64,000 bases of DNA from an uncultured Melioribacter sp. (GTDB taxonomy: Bacteria > Bacteroidota > Ignavibacteria > Ignavibacteriales > Melioribacteraceae). The notes under the pieces are model-generated. The model saw nothing but the letters and a program-made list of their open reading frames with translations, searched no databases and had not been told where the DNA came from. Positions 20,659-30,063 of the stretch are shown in pieces. How positions within the stretch are numbered: position 1 is the stretch's first letter; each line of letters starts with the position of its first letter. Location of the stretch: assembly GCA_964464825.1 (NCBI GenBank), contig CAYXKL010000002.1, positions 520 through 64,519 on the forward strand, in the 5' to 3' direction. The translations under genes were made by a program, and so were the position numbers.

Positions 20659-21587
20659 TTCAAAACTACCGGACCTTTGAAGTTAATCTGTGAGACATAT
20701 ACTTTACTTTTAAATCCCTTTGACAGCGCCGCATTTTTCATTGCCTTAGCAATTTTATCTGCATCTTTCGGGGAAGTGGAAAAAGCAAACATCGAGGGTC
20801 CCGAACCGGAGATGTTGCAATTCAAAGCTCCGGCTGAAAGTGCGGTATTTTTTATTACATCATAACAAGGAATTAGTTTTGCACGTTTCGGCTCTGCAAT
20901 ATGGTCTACAATAGACCGTTCGATCAGATCATAATTTTTTGTTAACAACCCGGCAATCAATCCCGAAGCATTACCAGCTTGTGCAATAGCAGTTTTAAGC
21001 GGAACATTTTTATCGAGCATTTTTCTGGCATCACAAGTTTTAATTTCAATATCTGGATATACAATTGAACAGAATAAATTTTTGGGGTAATCAATTTGTA
21101 CGATATCTATTGGGTTGTAGCAGCGGATTAAAACAAATCCGCCGAACAAACAAGGTGCAACATTATCAGCATGAATTTCTTTACTTGCAATAAACTCGCC
21201 GGCAATAGCATGTTCAAGCAATTCATATTTGGATAACTTTAGATTGAGTAGTTTGTTAACAGCAAAAACACCGCCAACGGCACTTGCCGCACTCGAACCG
21301 AGTCCGCTGCCAATTCCCATTTTTTTATTGATTACAACATTGAGCCCAATTGTTATCTTATACTTTTTCAGTAAGGATTGAATTGCAGCGGTGGCGGTGT
21401 TTTTGTTTATGTGATAGGGTAGCGTACCGCCATCTCCAATAATTTTTTTTATTCTGATTTCATTACTGGACGTAATCGTAATTTCAATTTCATCACCGGG
21501 TTTATTCAAAGCAAAACCCATCAAATCGAAACCGGGACCCACATTTGAAACAGATGCCGGTGCAAAAACTTTAATTTTTTTGCTCAT
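20655..21587 (-). CDS. thrB: Homoserine kinase
   Basis: 310 aa. GHMP kinase motif KKMGIGSGLGSSAASAVG. Overlaps thrC by 4 nt. Confidence 0.9.
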   Translation of the reverse strand: MSKKIKVFAPASVSNVGPGFDLMGFALNKPGDEIEITITSSNEIRIKKIIGDGGTLPYHINKNTATAAIQSLLKKYKITIGLNVVINKKMGIGSGLGSSAASAVGGVFAVNKLLNLKLSKYELLEHAIAGEFIASKEIHADNVAPCLFGGFVLIRCYNPIDIVQIDYPKNLFCSIVYPDIEIKTCDARKMLDKNVPLKTAIAQAGNASGLIAGLLTKNYDLIERSIVDHIAEPKRAKLIPCYDVIKNTALSAGALNCNISGSGPSMFAFSTSPKDADKIAKAMKNAALSKGFKSKVYVSQINFKGPVVLK

Positions 21588-22627
21588 TATAAATATCCCT
21601 CTGCTTTCATTAACTCAGCAATCAAAATTGTTCCTCCGGCTGCACCGCGTATTGTGTTGTGCGACATCAAGACAAATTTGTAATCGAACAAAGAATCTTC
21701 ACGAAGTCTGCCAATTGATGTTGCCATACCTTTTTCAATATTACGATGAATTTTGGGTTGTGGATATTTCTCATCATAAAAATATACAATAGGATGTTGA
21801 GGCGCTGATGGTAAATTTAATTGTTGTGGCAATGATTTGTAATTCTGCCATACTTTTATGATTTCATCAGTAGAAGTTTTTATTTTCAATTTTACTTGAA
21901 CACATTCTGTATGTCCGTCTATAACCGCAATCCGGTTACACTGTGCGCTGATTTTAAAATCAGCAAATTCAATTTTATTTTTATTTAAGACCCCTAAAAT
22001 TTTCAACGGCTCGGTTTCCATCTTCTTTTCTTCTCCGCCAATGAAAGGAACTACATTATCAATAATATCCAAACTTGCAATGCCGGGGTATCCAGCGCCG
22101 GATACGGCTTGCATAGTTACAACATTTACCGCTTCAAGTCCGAATGCATCGTACAGTGGTTTTAATGCGATGACTAATCCGATAGTTGAACAATTTGGAT
22201 TGGTTACTATCCCACCTTTGTAATTTTGCTTTTTTAATAGTGCGAGGTGATCATAATTAACTTCCGGAATTATAAGCGGAACATCATCATCAAAACGGTG
22301 GTTGCGTGCGTTTGAAATTACATAATATCCGGCTTGTGCGAATGAGGATTCAATTTCACCGGCAACCGATGCATCCAATCCCGAAAAAACAATTTTGGTA
22401 TCTAAATTTGGTTCACATTTTTTTACAATCATATTACCGAATTTTTCTGGAAGGGGAGACTGCATTATCCAGTTGACAGCTTCAGAATATTTTTTTACGG
22501 ATGAACGATCCGATGCTGCCAATTCTGTAATCTCGAACCATGGATGATCGGAAAGTAGTTCTATAAATCTCTGCCCAACACTGCCGGTAGCACCGAGTAT
22601 TGCAACCGGAATTTTTTTGTTGTTCAT
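21587..22627 (-). CDS. asd: Aspartate-semialdehyde dehydrogenase
   Basis: 346 aa. NAD motif VAILGATGSVGQR and active-site NPNCSTIG are present. Confidence 0.95.
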   Translation of the reverse strand: MNNKKIPVAILGATGSVGQRFIELLSDHPWFEITELAASDRSSVKKYSEAVNWIMQSPLPEKFGNMIVKKCEPNLDTKIVFSGLDASVAGEIESSFAQAGYYVISNARNHRFDDDVPLIIPEVNYDHLALLKKQNYKGGIVTNPNCSTIGLVIALKPLYDAFGLEAVNVVTMQAVSGAGYPGIASLDIIDNVVPFIGGEEKKMETEPLKILGVLNKNKIEFADFKISAQCNRIAVIDGHTECVQVKLKIKTSTDEIIKVWQNYKSLPQQLNLPSAPQHPIVYFYDEKYPQPKIHRNIEKGMATSIGRLREDSLFDYKFVLMSHNTIRGAAGGTILIAELMKAEGYL

Positions 22628-24024
22628 TTTATCCTCTTAAATTTTAGAAGTGCATCATGCAGCACATTTAATGATTTGGATAAATCATTTTTATTTATCA
22701 CCAAAGAAATATTAAGCTCAGATGAACCTTGCGCAATTGCAATGATGTTAATTTTATTTCTTCCGAGTGATTGGAAAACGCTCCCCGATATCCCGGGTGT
22801 ATGGCGCATATTCTCTCCAACAACAGCAATAATCGAAAGACCCTCTTCAACTTTTACTTCACCTATTTTCCCTTCAAAGATTTCCAATTTAAATTCTTCT
22901 TCAATCGATTTTTTTGATAGCGCACCCATCTTTGGCGGAATAGCCAGACAAATACTATGTTCTGAAGAAGCTTGCGTAATCAATATAATATTGATGTTAT
23001 GTTTTGCGAGTGCACCAAACAACCGTGCAGCTATGCCGGTTACACCAACCATTCCGCCACCTTGAACACGAATAAGAGAAATGTCATCGATAGAAGAAAT
23101 ACCTTTTACAGTAAAGTCTCTGGATTTTTCTTTTTCTAAAATATAAGTGCCTTCAAAATCCGGATTGAAAGTGTTTTTGATAATGATCTTGATTTTTTTC
23201 TGAAGTGCCGGCAGCATTGTTGGCGGATAAATAACTTTGGCGCCGAAATGTGAAAGCTCCATTGCTTCTTCATAAGTAACGGAAGGAAGAGAAAAAGAAT
23301 TTTTAACTTTCCGCGGATCTGCTGTTAGAATTCCATTAACATCTGTCCATATTTCAATTGATTCAGCGTTAAGAGCAGCGCCCAATATTGATGCTGTATA
23401 ATCGGAACCCCCTCTGCCGAGTGTGGTAATTTCATTGTGAATTGTTGATCCGATAAATCCGGTTACAATTTGCAGTTTTTTATTCTTAGCAAAATATCTT
23501 TTAATGTTTTTGTTTGTATGATTGAATTCTACTGTGGCATTGCTAAAGTTATTGTCTGTCTTAATTATTTTGCTTGCATCAAGATATGTACAATTGATAT
23601 TTCTGAACTTCATTGTTTCAGAAATAATTGTACAAGATAATTTTTCACCAAAACTTAAAATATAATCTAGTGTACGGGGTGACAATTCTTTTACAAGATT
23701 AACCCCGTGAATAACTTCTTTCAGTTCATCAAATAAATATTCTAAATGCTCTGCAATTAAAATATGTTTATTAACCGGATTGAGTTTAAAAGCAATTTCG
23801 TAATGCAGATCGATTAGATTTTCCAGTTTTGCTTTATATACCGGTTTACGTTGGAATGCGTGCTTGCCGATCTCAATCAACGAATCTGTTACACCTTGAA
23901 ACGCTGAAAATACTACTGTAATATTTATTCTTTTTGAAATGTAACGCTCTTGTAGAATATTAATGACATGATCAATTCTATCTGCACTGCCTACACTGGA
24001 ACCGCCGAATTTTAATACTTTCAT
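22624..24024 (-). CDS. lysC: Aspartate kinase (monofunctional, two ACT domains)
   Basis: 466 aa with MKVLKFGGSSVGS, GRGGSDYTASILGAAL and C-terminal ACT repeats. It is the first gene of the operon with asd-thrB-thrC, linked by 4-nt and 1-nt overlaps. Confidence 0.9.
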   Translation of the reverse strand: MKVLKFGGSSVGSADRIDHVINILQERYISKRINITVVFSAFQGVTDSLIEIGKHAFQRKPVYKAKLENLIDLHYEIAFKLNPVNKHILIAEHLEYLFDELKEVIHGVNLVKELSPRTLDYILSFGEKLSCTIISETMKFRNINCTYLDASKIIKTDNNFSNATVEFNHTNKNIKRYFAKNKKLQIVTGFIGSTIHNEITTLGRGGSDYTASILGAALNAESIEIWTDVNGILTADPRKVKNSFSLPSVTYEEAMELSHFGAKVIYPPTMLPALQKKIKIIIKNTFNPDFEGTYILEKEKSRDFTVKGISSIDDISLIRVQGGGMVGVTGIAARLFGALAKHNINIILITQASSEHSICLAIPPKMGALSKKSIEEEFKLEIFEGKIGEVKVEEGLSIIAVVGENMRHTPGISGSVFQSLGRNKINIIAIAQGSSELNISLVINKNDLSKSLNVLHDALLKFKRIK

Positions 24025-24091
24025 TTTATTTACTGCCTTAAATTGTTTTTATGTTGGAAATAATAATGTACTAGTAAAAACGTGCAAAATA

Positions 24092-24160
24092 TTAATGCGT
24101 CGTCATACACGTGTGCGTGCAGCCGGGTAGAAATGCCGTAATCCCTCTGGAAGAGATCAT
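24092..24160 (-). promoter_or_regulatory. Candidate Thr-rich leader peptide ORF in the aspartate kinase 5' leader (hypothesis)
   Basis: My translation gives MISSRGITAFLPGCTHTCMTTH then a stop. All 5 Thr codons are ACG. It overlaps a possible terminator (ACGUGUA...UGCACGU followed by UUUUU at 24112-24076). No clear SD. Confidence 0.25.
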
Positions 24161-24350
24161 TTTAATGAAGTCATATTTTGATTTTGAATTCAATTTATCT
24201 AAAAGCTAAAATTTTGAAATGATTATAATAATCAAAATTGATAGAAACAAGAGTTGGTAAGCAACATTTGGTAATTAATAGTCAGAGTAGTCTATCTATT
24301 AATCAATAAAAAAACACATTTAATTTGGAACTTTAAATGAATAATAAACG

Positions 24351-24379
24351 TTGTAACATTAGTTGTTATAACATATAAT
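24351..24379 (+). promoter_or_regulatory. Sigma-70-like promoter candidate for the yceI-marR operon, with an overlapping GTTGTAAC / GTTATAAC repeat (possible MarR operator)
   Basis: TTGTAA-17 nt-TATAAT lies about 50 nt upstream of the ATG at 24432. The spacer contains GTTGTAAC-ATTA-GTTGTTATAAC, and GTTATAAC is palindromic. Confidence 0.4.
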
Positions 24380-24431
24380 AGGGTTAGAAGTAATTAAAAA
24401 ATTCACATCAACCAATAAAAGGAGTAGAACA

Positions 24432-25019
24432 ATGCGTAAAATCAAATTATTTGCAGTGGTGTTAGTTTTAACTGCATCATCTTTATTTGCACAAACCGAG
24501 TGGTCTTTAGATAAATCACATTCCAAAGTCGGTTTTAGCGTTACACACCTTGTAATTACGGAGGTAGACGGATATTTTAAAGATTATAATGCAAAGGTTG
24601 TTACTAAAGGAGATGATTTTTCGACAGCAATTATAGATTTTACAGTAAATACAAATAGTATATTCACTGATAACGAGGCAAGGGACAAACATTTACGTTC
24701 CGATGATTTCTTCAACGCAGAAAAATATCCGCAAATGAAATTTAAAGGAAAATCGCTGAAGAAAATTAGTGATAACAAATATAAACTTATCGGCGATTTA
24801 ACCATCCGTGATGTAACAAAACAAGTAGAACTTGATGTAAAATATAATGGAATGGTAAAAGATCCTTGGGGAAATACAAAAGCCGGATTTAAAGTAACAG
24901 GAGAAATAAACAGATTTGATTACAACCTAAAATGGGATAAAGCAATTGAAACCGGTTCACTTGTTGTTGGTAAAGAAGTAGAATTAATCATAGATCTACA
25001 ACTAGCAAAGAAATCATAA
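24432..25019 (+). CDS. YceI-family periplasmic (polyisoprenoid/quinone-binding) protein
   Basis: 195 aa with a signal peptide. DKSHSKVGFSVTHLVITEVDGYF...RDKHLRSDDFF is typical of YceI. Confidence 0.9.
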   Translation: MRKIKLFAVVLVLTASSLFAQTEWSLDKSHSKVGFSVTHLVITEVDGYFKDYNAKVVTKGDDFSTAIIDFTVNTNSIFTDNEARDKHLRSDDFFNAEKYPQMKFKGKSLKKISDNKYKLIGDLTIRDVTKQVELDVKYNGMVKDPWGNTKAGFKVTGEINRFDYNLKWDKAIETGSLVVGKEVELIIDLQLAKKS

Positions 25020-25471
25020 TGAAACTCGAAGAAGAAATTAAACAGAATAAAAAATTTAAAAGTGAATATCATAAGTTAGCCGTGAATATTATTTATACTC
25101 ACGGCTGGCTTATCAATAATCAATCGTCTTTTTTGAAAAAGATAGGTATAACCGGAGCGCAGTATAATATCTTGAGGATATTACGCGGACAGTATCCGAA
25201 TCCGGCATCGATCAATTTATTAAAAGAACGAATGCTCGATAAAATGCCGGATGCTTCGAGGCTTGTTGAGAGACTTAAACAAAAAGGTTTAGTTGAAAGA
25301 GAAATCTGCAAAGAGGATAGGCGTAAAGTAGAAGTGAAGATAACTCAGAAAGGATTGAAACTATTACAAGATACAGACAAATTAGAAGAAGGGATTGATC
25401 AACTATTTAAAGAATTAAAACTTTCTGAAGCAAAAACCCTTAACGATCTTCTGGATAAATTGCGCGGTTAG
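25019..25471 (+). CDS. MarR-family transcriptional regulator
   Basis: 150 aa. Winged-helix region ITGAQYNILRIL...DASRLVERLKQKGLVER...DRRKVEVKITQKG. Its start overlaps the yceI stop. Confidence 0.85.
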   Translation: MKLEEEIKQNKKFKSEYHKLAVNIIYTHGWLINNQSSFLKKIGITGAQYNILRILRGQYPNPASINLLKERMLDKMPDASRLVERLKQKGLVEREICKEDRRKVEVKITQKGLKLLQDTDKLEEGIDQLFKELKLSEAKTLNDLLDKLRG

Positions 25472-25482
25472 AAAGGAATAAA

Positions 25483-26442
25483 ATGGAAAATTTAATAAAT
25501 GGAATTCATCACATTACTGTGATGGCAAGCGATCCGCAAACCAACTATGATTTTTACACACAAATACTCGGTATGAGATTCATAAAAAAGACCGTGAATT
25601 TTGATGCACCCGATGTTTATCATCTTTATTACGGAGATGAAATTGGAAGACCGGGAACAATTTTAACTTTCTTTCCTTTTCCCGATGCTCGAAGAGGAAA
25701 AAGAGGAACCAGCGAGATTACAACCGTTGCTTTCAGTGTACCTTCTAATTCTCTGAATTATTGGATTAACCGGTTTGCTGAATTAGCTATTGATTTCGAT
25801 GGTCCTTCAAAAAAATTCGGTTATGAATATATCGGATTAATTGATCCCGATGGTATGAAAATAGAAATTGTTGCTGATCGGACAGCAGATAGAATCTTGG
25901 GCTGGTCTAATGGTGATATACCTCCCGAATATTCTATTCGTAAATTTTTTGGAACATCTTTTTACTTGAAGAATGGATTCAAAACAGAAGAACTTCTGCA
26001 AACTGTAATGGGTGCACAATTTATTTCTTCAATAGGAAATACAAAACGATTTTCTTTAGGAGCTGATGATAGCGAGGCATTTATTGATATTGTTGAAGAT
26101 CAAAATACATCTAACGGAATTGGCGGAGCCGGAACGGTTCATCATATTGCATGGAGAACCGCAAATGATGTAGAGCAAAATAATTGGCGGAATAAAATCA
26201 TTGAGTACGGACTTTACGCGACACAAATGGTAGATAGAAATTATTTCCATTCAATTTATTTCCGTGAACCGGGCGGAATTCTTTTTGAAATAGCAACCGA
26301 TGAACCCGGATTTATGATTGATGAAAACTTTGAATCGCTTGGAACAGACCTTAAACTTCCGCCGTGGCATGAACCAAAACGAAAGCAGATAGAAAATATT
26401 CTTATTCCACTAAAAACAAAAACTTTTATTAAACCGAATTAA
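25483..26442 (+). CDS. Ring-cleaving dioxygenase, two-domain VOC/glyoxalase family (MhqO/MhqE-like)
   Basis: 319 aa. GIHHITVMASDPQTNYDFY and GTVHHIAWR repeats are present, with the YFREPGGILFEIATDEPGF motif. Confidence 0.85.
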   Translation: MENLINGIHHITVMASDPQTNYDFYTQILGMRFIKKTVNFDAPDVYHLYYGDEIGRPGTILTFFPFPDARRGKRGTSEITTVAFSVPSNSLNYWINRFAELAIDFDGPSKKFGYEYIGLIDPDGMKIEIVADRTADRILGWSNGDIPPEYSIRKFFGTSFYLKNGFKTEELLQTVMGAQFISSIGNTKRFSLGADDSEAFIDIVEDQNTSNGIGGAGTVHHIAWRTANDVEQNNWRNKIIEYGLYATQMVDRNYFHSIYFREPGGILFEIATDEPGFMIDENFESLGTDLKLPPWHEPKRKQIENILIPLKTKTFIKPN

Positions 26443-26444
26443 TT

Positions 26445-26795
26445 ATGAAAGTAACGCGTTTATTTACCGGCGGAGATAATGAGACTTATTTTGAAGACAT
26501 AGATTACGAATTATTTGATAATGGAATGATAGGTAAGCTCTCTCAAAGAATTCCTGTTAAAGATTTAAGCTTTAGAGAAACCGATGGTGATTATAATTAT
26601 GATTTTCATCCGGCTCCGCAAAAGCAATTTATAATTTTGCTTGATGGGGAAATTGAGATTGAAAATGGTCACGGTGAAAAAAGAAGATTTAAAAGCGGTG
26701 ATATTTTATTGGTTGAAGATACAACCGGATATGGACACAAAACAAAAAGTATTGACGGTAAACCCCGCAGATCAATTTTTATTACTCTCGAATGA
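26445..26795 (+). CDS. Small cupin-like protein
   Basis: 116 aa. Beta-rich with GDILLVEDTTGYGH, resembling a cupin strand motif. Translationally coupled within the operon. Confidence 0.4.
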   Translation: MKVTRLFTGGDNETYFEDIDYELFDNGMIGKLSQRIPVKDLSFRETDGDYNYDFHPAPQKQFIILLDGEIEIENGHGEKRRFKSGDILLVEDTTGYGHKTKSIDGKPRRSIFITLE

Positions 26796-27454
26796 ACAAT
26801 TCTATCAATATAACCGATCCGCACAGAGACCAACCCGTTTTTCATTATGGTGCTAAACTCGAGGATACAGAAACCGTGATGATTATGATTCACGGACGCG
26901 GCGCCACAGCACAAAGTATTTTATCACTCGCAAATGAATTTAAAGTGAACAGCATTGCATTCATTGCACCGCAAGCTGAAAATTATACTTGGTATCCGTA
27001 CAGTTTTTTATCACCAATTGAAAAAAATGAACCGGGCATCACTTCCGGTTTAAATAAAATTGATATAATAGTAAATGATCTATTAGAGAAAAGTTTTTCA
27101 AGTGAAAAAATATTTCTTTTAGGATTTTCGCAAGGGGCGTGTTTGAGTTTAGAATATGCTGCACACAACCCGAAAAAATTTGGCGGCATATTCGGTTTAA
27201 GCGGCGGATTGATAGGTCCTCCCGGTACAAAATGGAATTACAATGGTGATTTCAACGGAACAGAAATTTTTCTCGGCTGCAGCGATATCGATCCACACAT
27301 TCCGCTTGAAAGAGTTAATGAAACGGAAAACGCTTTTAAGTTGATGAACTCAAATGTTACGAAAAGAATTTATAAGGGGATGGGACACACAATTAATCAG
27401 AACGAGATTGACTTTATAATAAAATCTTTGATTAATAAAAAGACAAAAAAATAA
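26792..27454 (+). CDS. Phospholipase/carboxylesterase-family alpha/beta hydrolase (MhqD-like)
   Basis: 220 aa. HGRGA, nucleophile elbow GFSQGA, and a late D...H (DIDPHIP, GMGHT). Confidence 0.85.
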   Translation: MNNSINITDPHRDQPVFHYGAKLEDTETVMIMIHGRGATAQSILSLANEFKVNSIAFIAPQAENYTWYPYSFLSPIEKNEPGITSGLNKIDIIVNDLLEKSFSSEKIFLLGFSQGACLSLEYAAHNPKKFGGIFGLSGGLIGPPGTKWNYNGDFNGTEIFLGCSDIDPHIPLERVNETENAFKLMNSNVTKRIYKGMGHTINQNEIDFIIKSLINKKTKK

Positions 27455-27500
27455 AATATAACTAATCTATGAACCGTCTTTAATTTATATAGTTTGTAAC

Positions 27501-28538
27501 TTGCCTAAAAATTTATCAACTTTTGTCCAGAAAAATAAATTTAAACCCATGCCAATAAAAAAGAACAAAAATAAACGTAACAAAGAACATTCTAATCCTC
27601 CAACTAGTAAAAGTGTGAGGAAACGAAAAAAAACAACGATGGTTAAAGAAATTGCAGTTGATTATGATGTTTTAGAAAAAACAAAATTTATTGAAATAAA
27701 TTATGAGAAGATATGTAAATGCGAAGGGAATAAAATTAATTGTTTAACTGCAAAAGAATGGCTCAAAAATCAACTTGGTGTCTGGGAGTTCTTCTATGAA
27801 AAAAGAGATATAAGAGATAAAGATGTTCATCCGGCAACGTTTCCAATTTCAATGGCTAGAAAAATAATTGAACTTTTTACACACGAGGGAGAACTGGTTC
27901 TTGATCCCTTTGTTGGTAGTGGTACCACACTCGTAGCTGCTCAAGATACTAATAGAAATGCTGTAGGATTTGATTTACAACAAAAATATATTGACTTGTG
28001 TAAAGAGAGATTATATAATGAACATTTGTTTAATAATACACAACAAATTGCCTTAACAGAAGATGCAAGAAATATAACTGAATATATTAAGCCAAATAGC
28101 GTAAAACTTATATGGACATCACCACCTTATGCAAATTTGCTTAATAGAGAACGTAAGAATAAGTCTCGCCGTGATAGAGATAATGGTCAATTAGGTAAAG
28201 TTGAACAATATTCACAAGATAAGCGTGATTTAGGAACTCTTGAACTCGAGGAATATGCTAAGCAAATAGGAGATATTTATGAATCATTATTAACAATATT
28301 AAGAGATGATGGTCATTGCGTAATAAATGTTCCTGATATGTGGTGGGAAAATAAGAGAATAACAATTCACATTTCACTAATTACAGAATTAAGAAAAAGA
28401 GGTTACGAATTTAGAAATACAATAATATGGGATCGAAGAAATATTGTGAATAATATTGGTATTTTTGGTTGGCCATCAAATTATATCACCATGGGAACTA
28501 CGTTTGAATATTTGTTACATTTTAAAAAATTGAAATGA
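27501..28538 (+). CDS. DNA methyltransferase, N4-cytosine/N6-adenine class with SPPY motif (start uncertain: 27501, 27549 or 27639)
   Basis: HPATFPISMARKII...VLDPFVGSGTT (SAM motif I) is followed ~65 aa later by IWTSPPYANL (motif IV). The Lys-rich N-terminal 46 aa may not be translated. Confidence 0.85.
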   Translation: MPKNLSTFVQKNKFKPMPIKKNKNKRNKEHSNPPTSKSVRKRKKTTMVKEIAVDYDVLEKTKFIEINYEKICKCEGNKINCLTAKEWLKNQLGVWEFFYEKRDIRDKDVHPATFPISMARKIIELFTHEGELVLDPFVGSGTTLVAAQDTNRNAVGFDLQQKYIDLCKERLYNEHLFNNTQQIALTEDARNITEYIKPNSVKLIWTSPPYANLLNRERKNKSRRDRDNGQLGKVEQYSQDKRDLGTLELEEYAKQIGDIYESLLTILRDDGHCVINVPDMWWENKRITIHISLITELRKRGYEFRNTIIWDRRNIVNNIGIFGWPSNYITMGTTFEYLLHFKKLK

Positions 28539-29329
28539 AAATAGAATTATTAAATATTTCTAAAGAAGAATTGATAAGTCGTCTTAGTGCAATTCGAAAA
28601 CAAGGTTGGGTACACACAAATCGAACAAAAAATGATGGAGCGGTTGGAAATACGTTAGAAGATTTATTAGAAATACCCGAGAACAATTTAGCAATTGCTA
28701 ATACTGTAGATTGGGAATTAAAGACACAAAGAAAAAAAACCTCATCACTTATAACACTATTTCACATTGATCCACAACCACGCAAACCCAAAAGTGTTGT
28801 TGCCAATATTATATTACCCAAATATGGATGGGCACATAAAGAAGCTGGGAAAAAATATGCGCTCAATGAAAAAAGCTTTAGAGCAACATTAAATGGTATT
28901 ACATACACAGATCGTGGAATTAAATTAAAAGTAAATAGTATTAAAAGAAACGTGGATATTATTTTTAATCCTTCTAAAACAGATAAACGTCATAATATAT
29001 GGCTTAAGAAAGTTGTAGAATATCATGGTAGAAATGAAAAAGTTATTGCATCCTGGAGTTTTGATGACTTGCAGAAGAAATGTATAGGCAAAATACGAAA
29101 CACTATTTTTGTTACAGCAGACAGTAGAATAAATATGGGACAAGAAGAATTTAAATATGAAAAGATTCAATTACTTGAAGATTTTGCTTTCAATAATTTC
29201 CTTAGAGGATTAATTAGTGGTAAAATATTGGTGGATTTTGATGCTAGGACTGGTCATAATCACGGTACTAAATTTCGTATTAAACAAAATAATTGGCCGG
29301 TATTATTCTCAAAAATTACTGATTTATAA
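28535..29329 (+). CDS. Type II restriction endonuclease, MvaI/BcnI (MutH-like) family candidate
   Basis: 264 aa, overlapping the methyltransferase stop by 4 nt (ATGA). NDGAVGNTLEDLLEIPENN...VDWELKTQRKK..SLITLFHIDP resembles the D...E-x-K core and N-terminal region of MvaI/BcnI/MutH as I recall them. Not verified by search. Confidence 0.55.
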   Translation: MKIELLNISKEELISRLSAIRKQGWVHTNRTKNDGAVGNTLEDLLEIPENNLAIANTVDWELKTQRKKTSSLITLFHIDPQPRKPKSVVANIILPKYGWAHKEAGKKYALNEKSFRATLNGITYTDRGIKLKVNSIKRNVDIIFNPSKTDKRHNIWLKKVVEYHGRNEKVIASWSFDDLQKKCIGKIRNTIFVTADSRINMGQEEFKYEKIQLLEDFAFNNFLRGLISGKILVDFDARTGHNHGTKFRIKQNNWPVLFSKITDL

Positions 29330-29362
29330 AATCTTAAAACTTATTTAAATAAATATCATACT

Positions 29363-30055
29363 TTATTCACCCACCACCAGCATTCTATATCCAACACCGG
29401 AATCAGTAACAATATATTTGGGATGAGACGGATCATCTTCCACTTTTTTTCTTATCTGACCGATGAACACGCGGAGGTATTGCGAATCTTCGGTATGCGT
29501 TGGTCCCCAGACTTCTTTTAATAATAAATTATGCGTAAGAACACGGTCTATATTTTTAAAGAACATAAACAGCAGTAGATATTCCGTATTAGTTAATTTT
29601 AATTCTTTGTTGTTCTTGTACACAATTCTTTTAACAAAATCTATTTTAAGATTTCCATTTACTAAAATTCCTTCATTATCCGGCTGCTGATTTCTACGAA
29701 GGTTAGCTCTTATTCTTGCGAGCAATTCTGAAGAATTAAATGGTTTGGTTATATAATCATCAGCGCCAAGATCCAATGCTCTTACAACATCCTCTTCAGA
29801 ATTTCTAACTGAAAGAATTATTATTGGAACATTGGACCAAGTTCTTATTTCAGATAGAACAGAAAATCCATCTTTATCTGGTAAGCCGAGATCAAGTAAA
29901 ACAAGCTGCGGGTGATAATTAGCCGCAGCAATAATTCCATCTTTTCCTTTTGATGCTTCAATTACTTTGTAACCATCAGCTTCAAGAGTTATTGAAAGAA
30001 TTTTTCTGATCTGAGATTCATCATCAATAATTATTATGGTGTTTTGTAATGACAT
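29363..30055 (-). CDS. kdpE: OmpR-family response regulator, KdpE-like
   Basis: 230 aa. Receiver domain (IIDDE...LLDLGLPDKDG...KPF) plus a winged-helix output domain (LTNTEYLLLFMF...GVGYR). Confidence 0.85.
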   Translation of the reverse strand: MSLQNTIIIIDDESQIRKILSITLEADGYKVIEASKGKDGIIAAANYHPQLVLLDLGLPDKDGFSVLSEIRTWSNVPIIILSVRNSEEDVVRALDLGADDYITKPFNSSELLARIRANLRRNQQPDNEGILVNGNLKIDFVKRIVYKNNKELKLTNTEYLLLFMFFKNIDRVLTHNLLLKEVWGPTHTEDSQYLRVFIGQIRKKVEDDPSHPKYIVTDSGVGYRMLVVGE

Positions 30056-30063
30056 TTTAGTTT

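Noticed and set aside
24025-24431. Known riboswitch (lysine L-box, SAM-I, T-box) in the aspartate kinase leader
   Set aside because: I compared the leader by eye with the conserved cores I remember: AGAGGNGC/GAAAGGGG/CUGGAG for L-box, GGAGGGAC...GCCC...GCAACC for SAM-I, and the T-box sequence. Only trivial matches such as ACCCGGC turned up. An Infernal/Rfam scan would be decisive.
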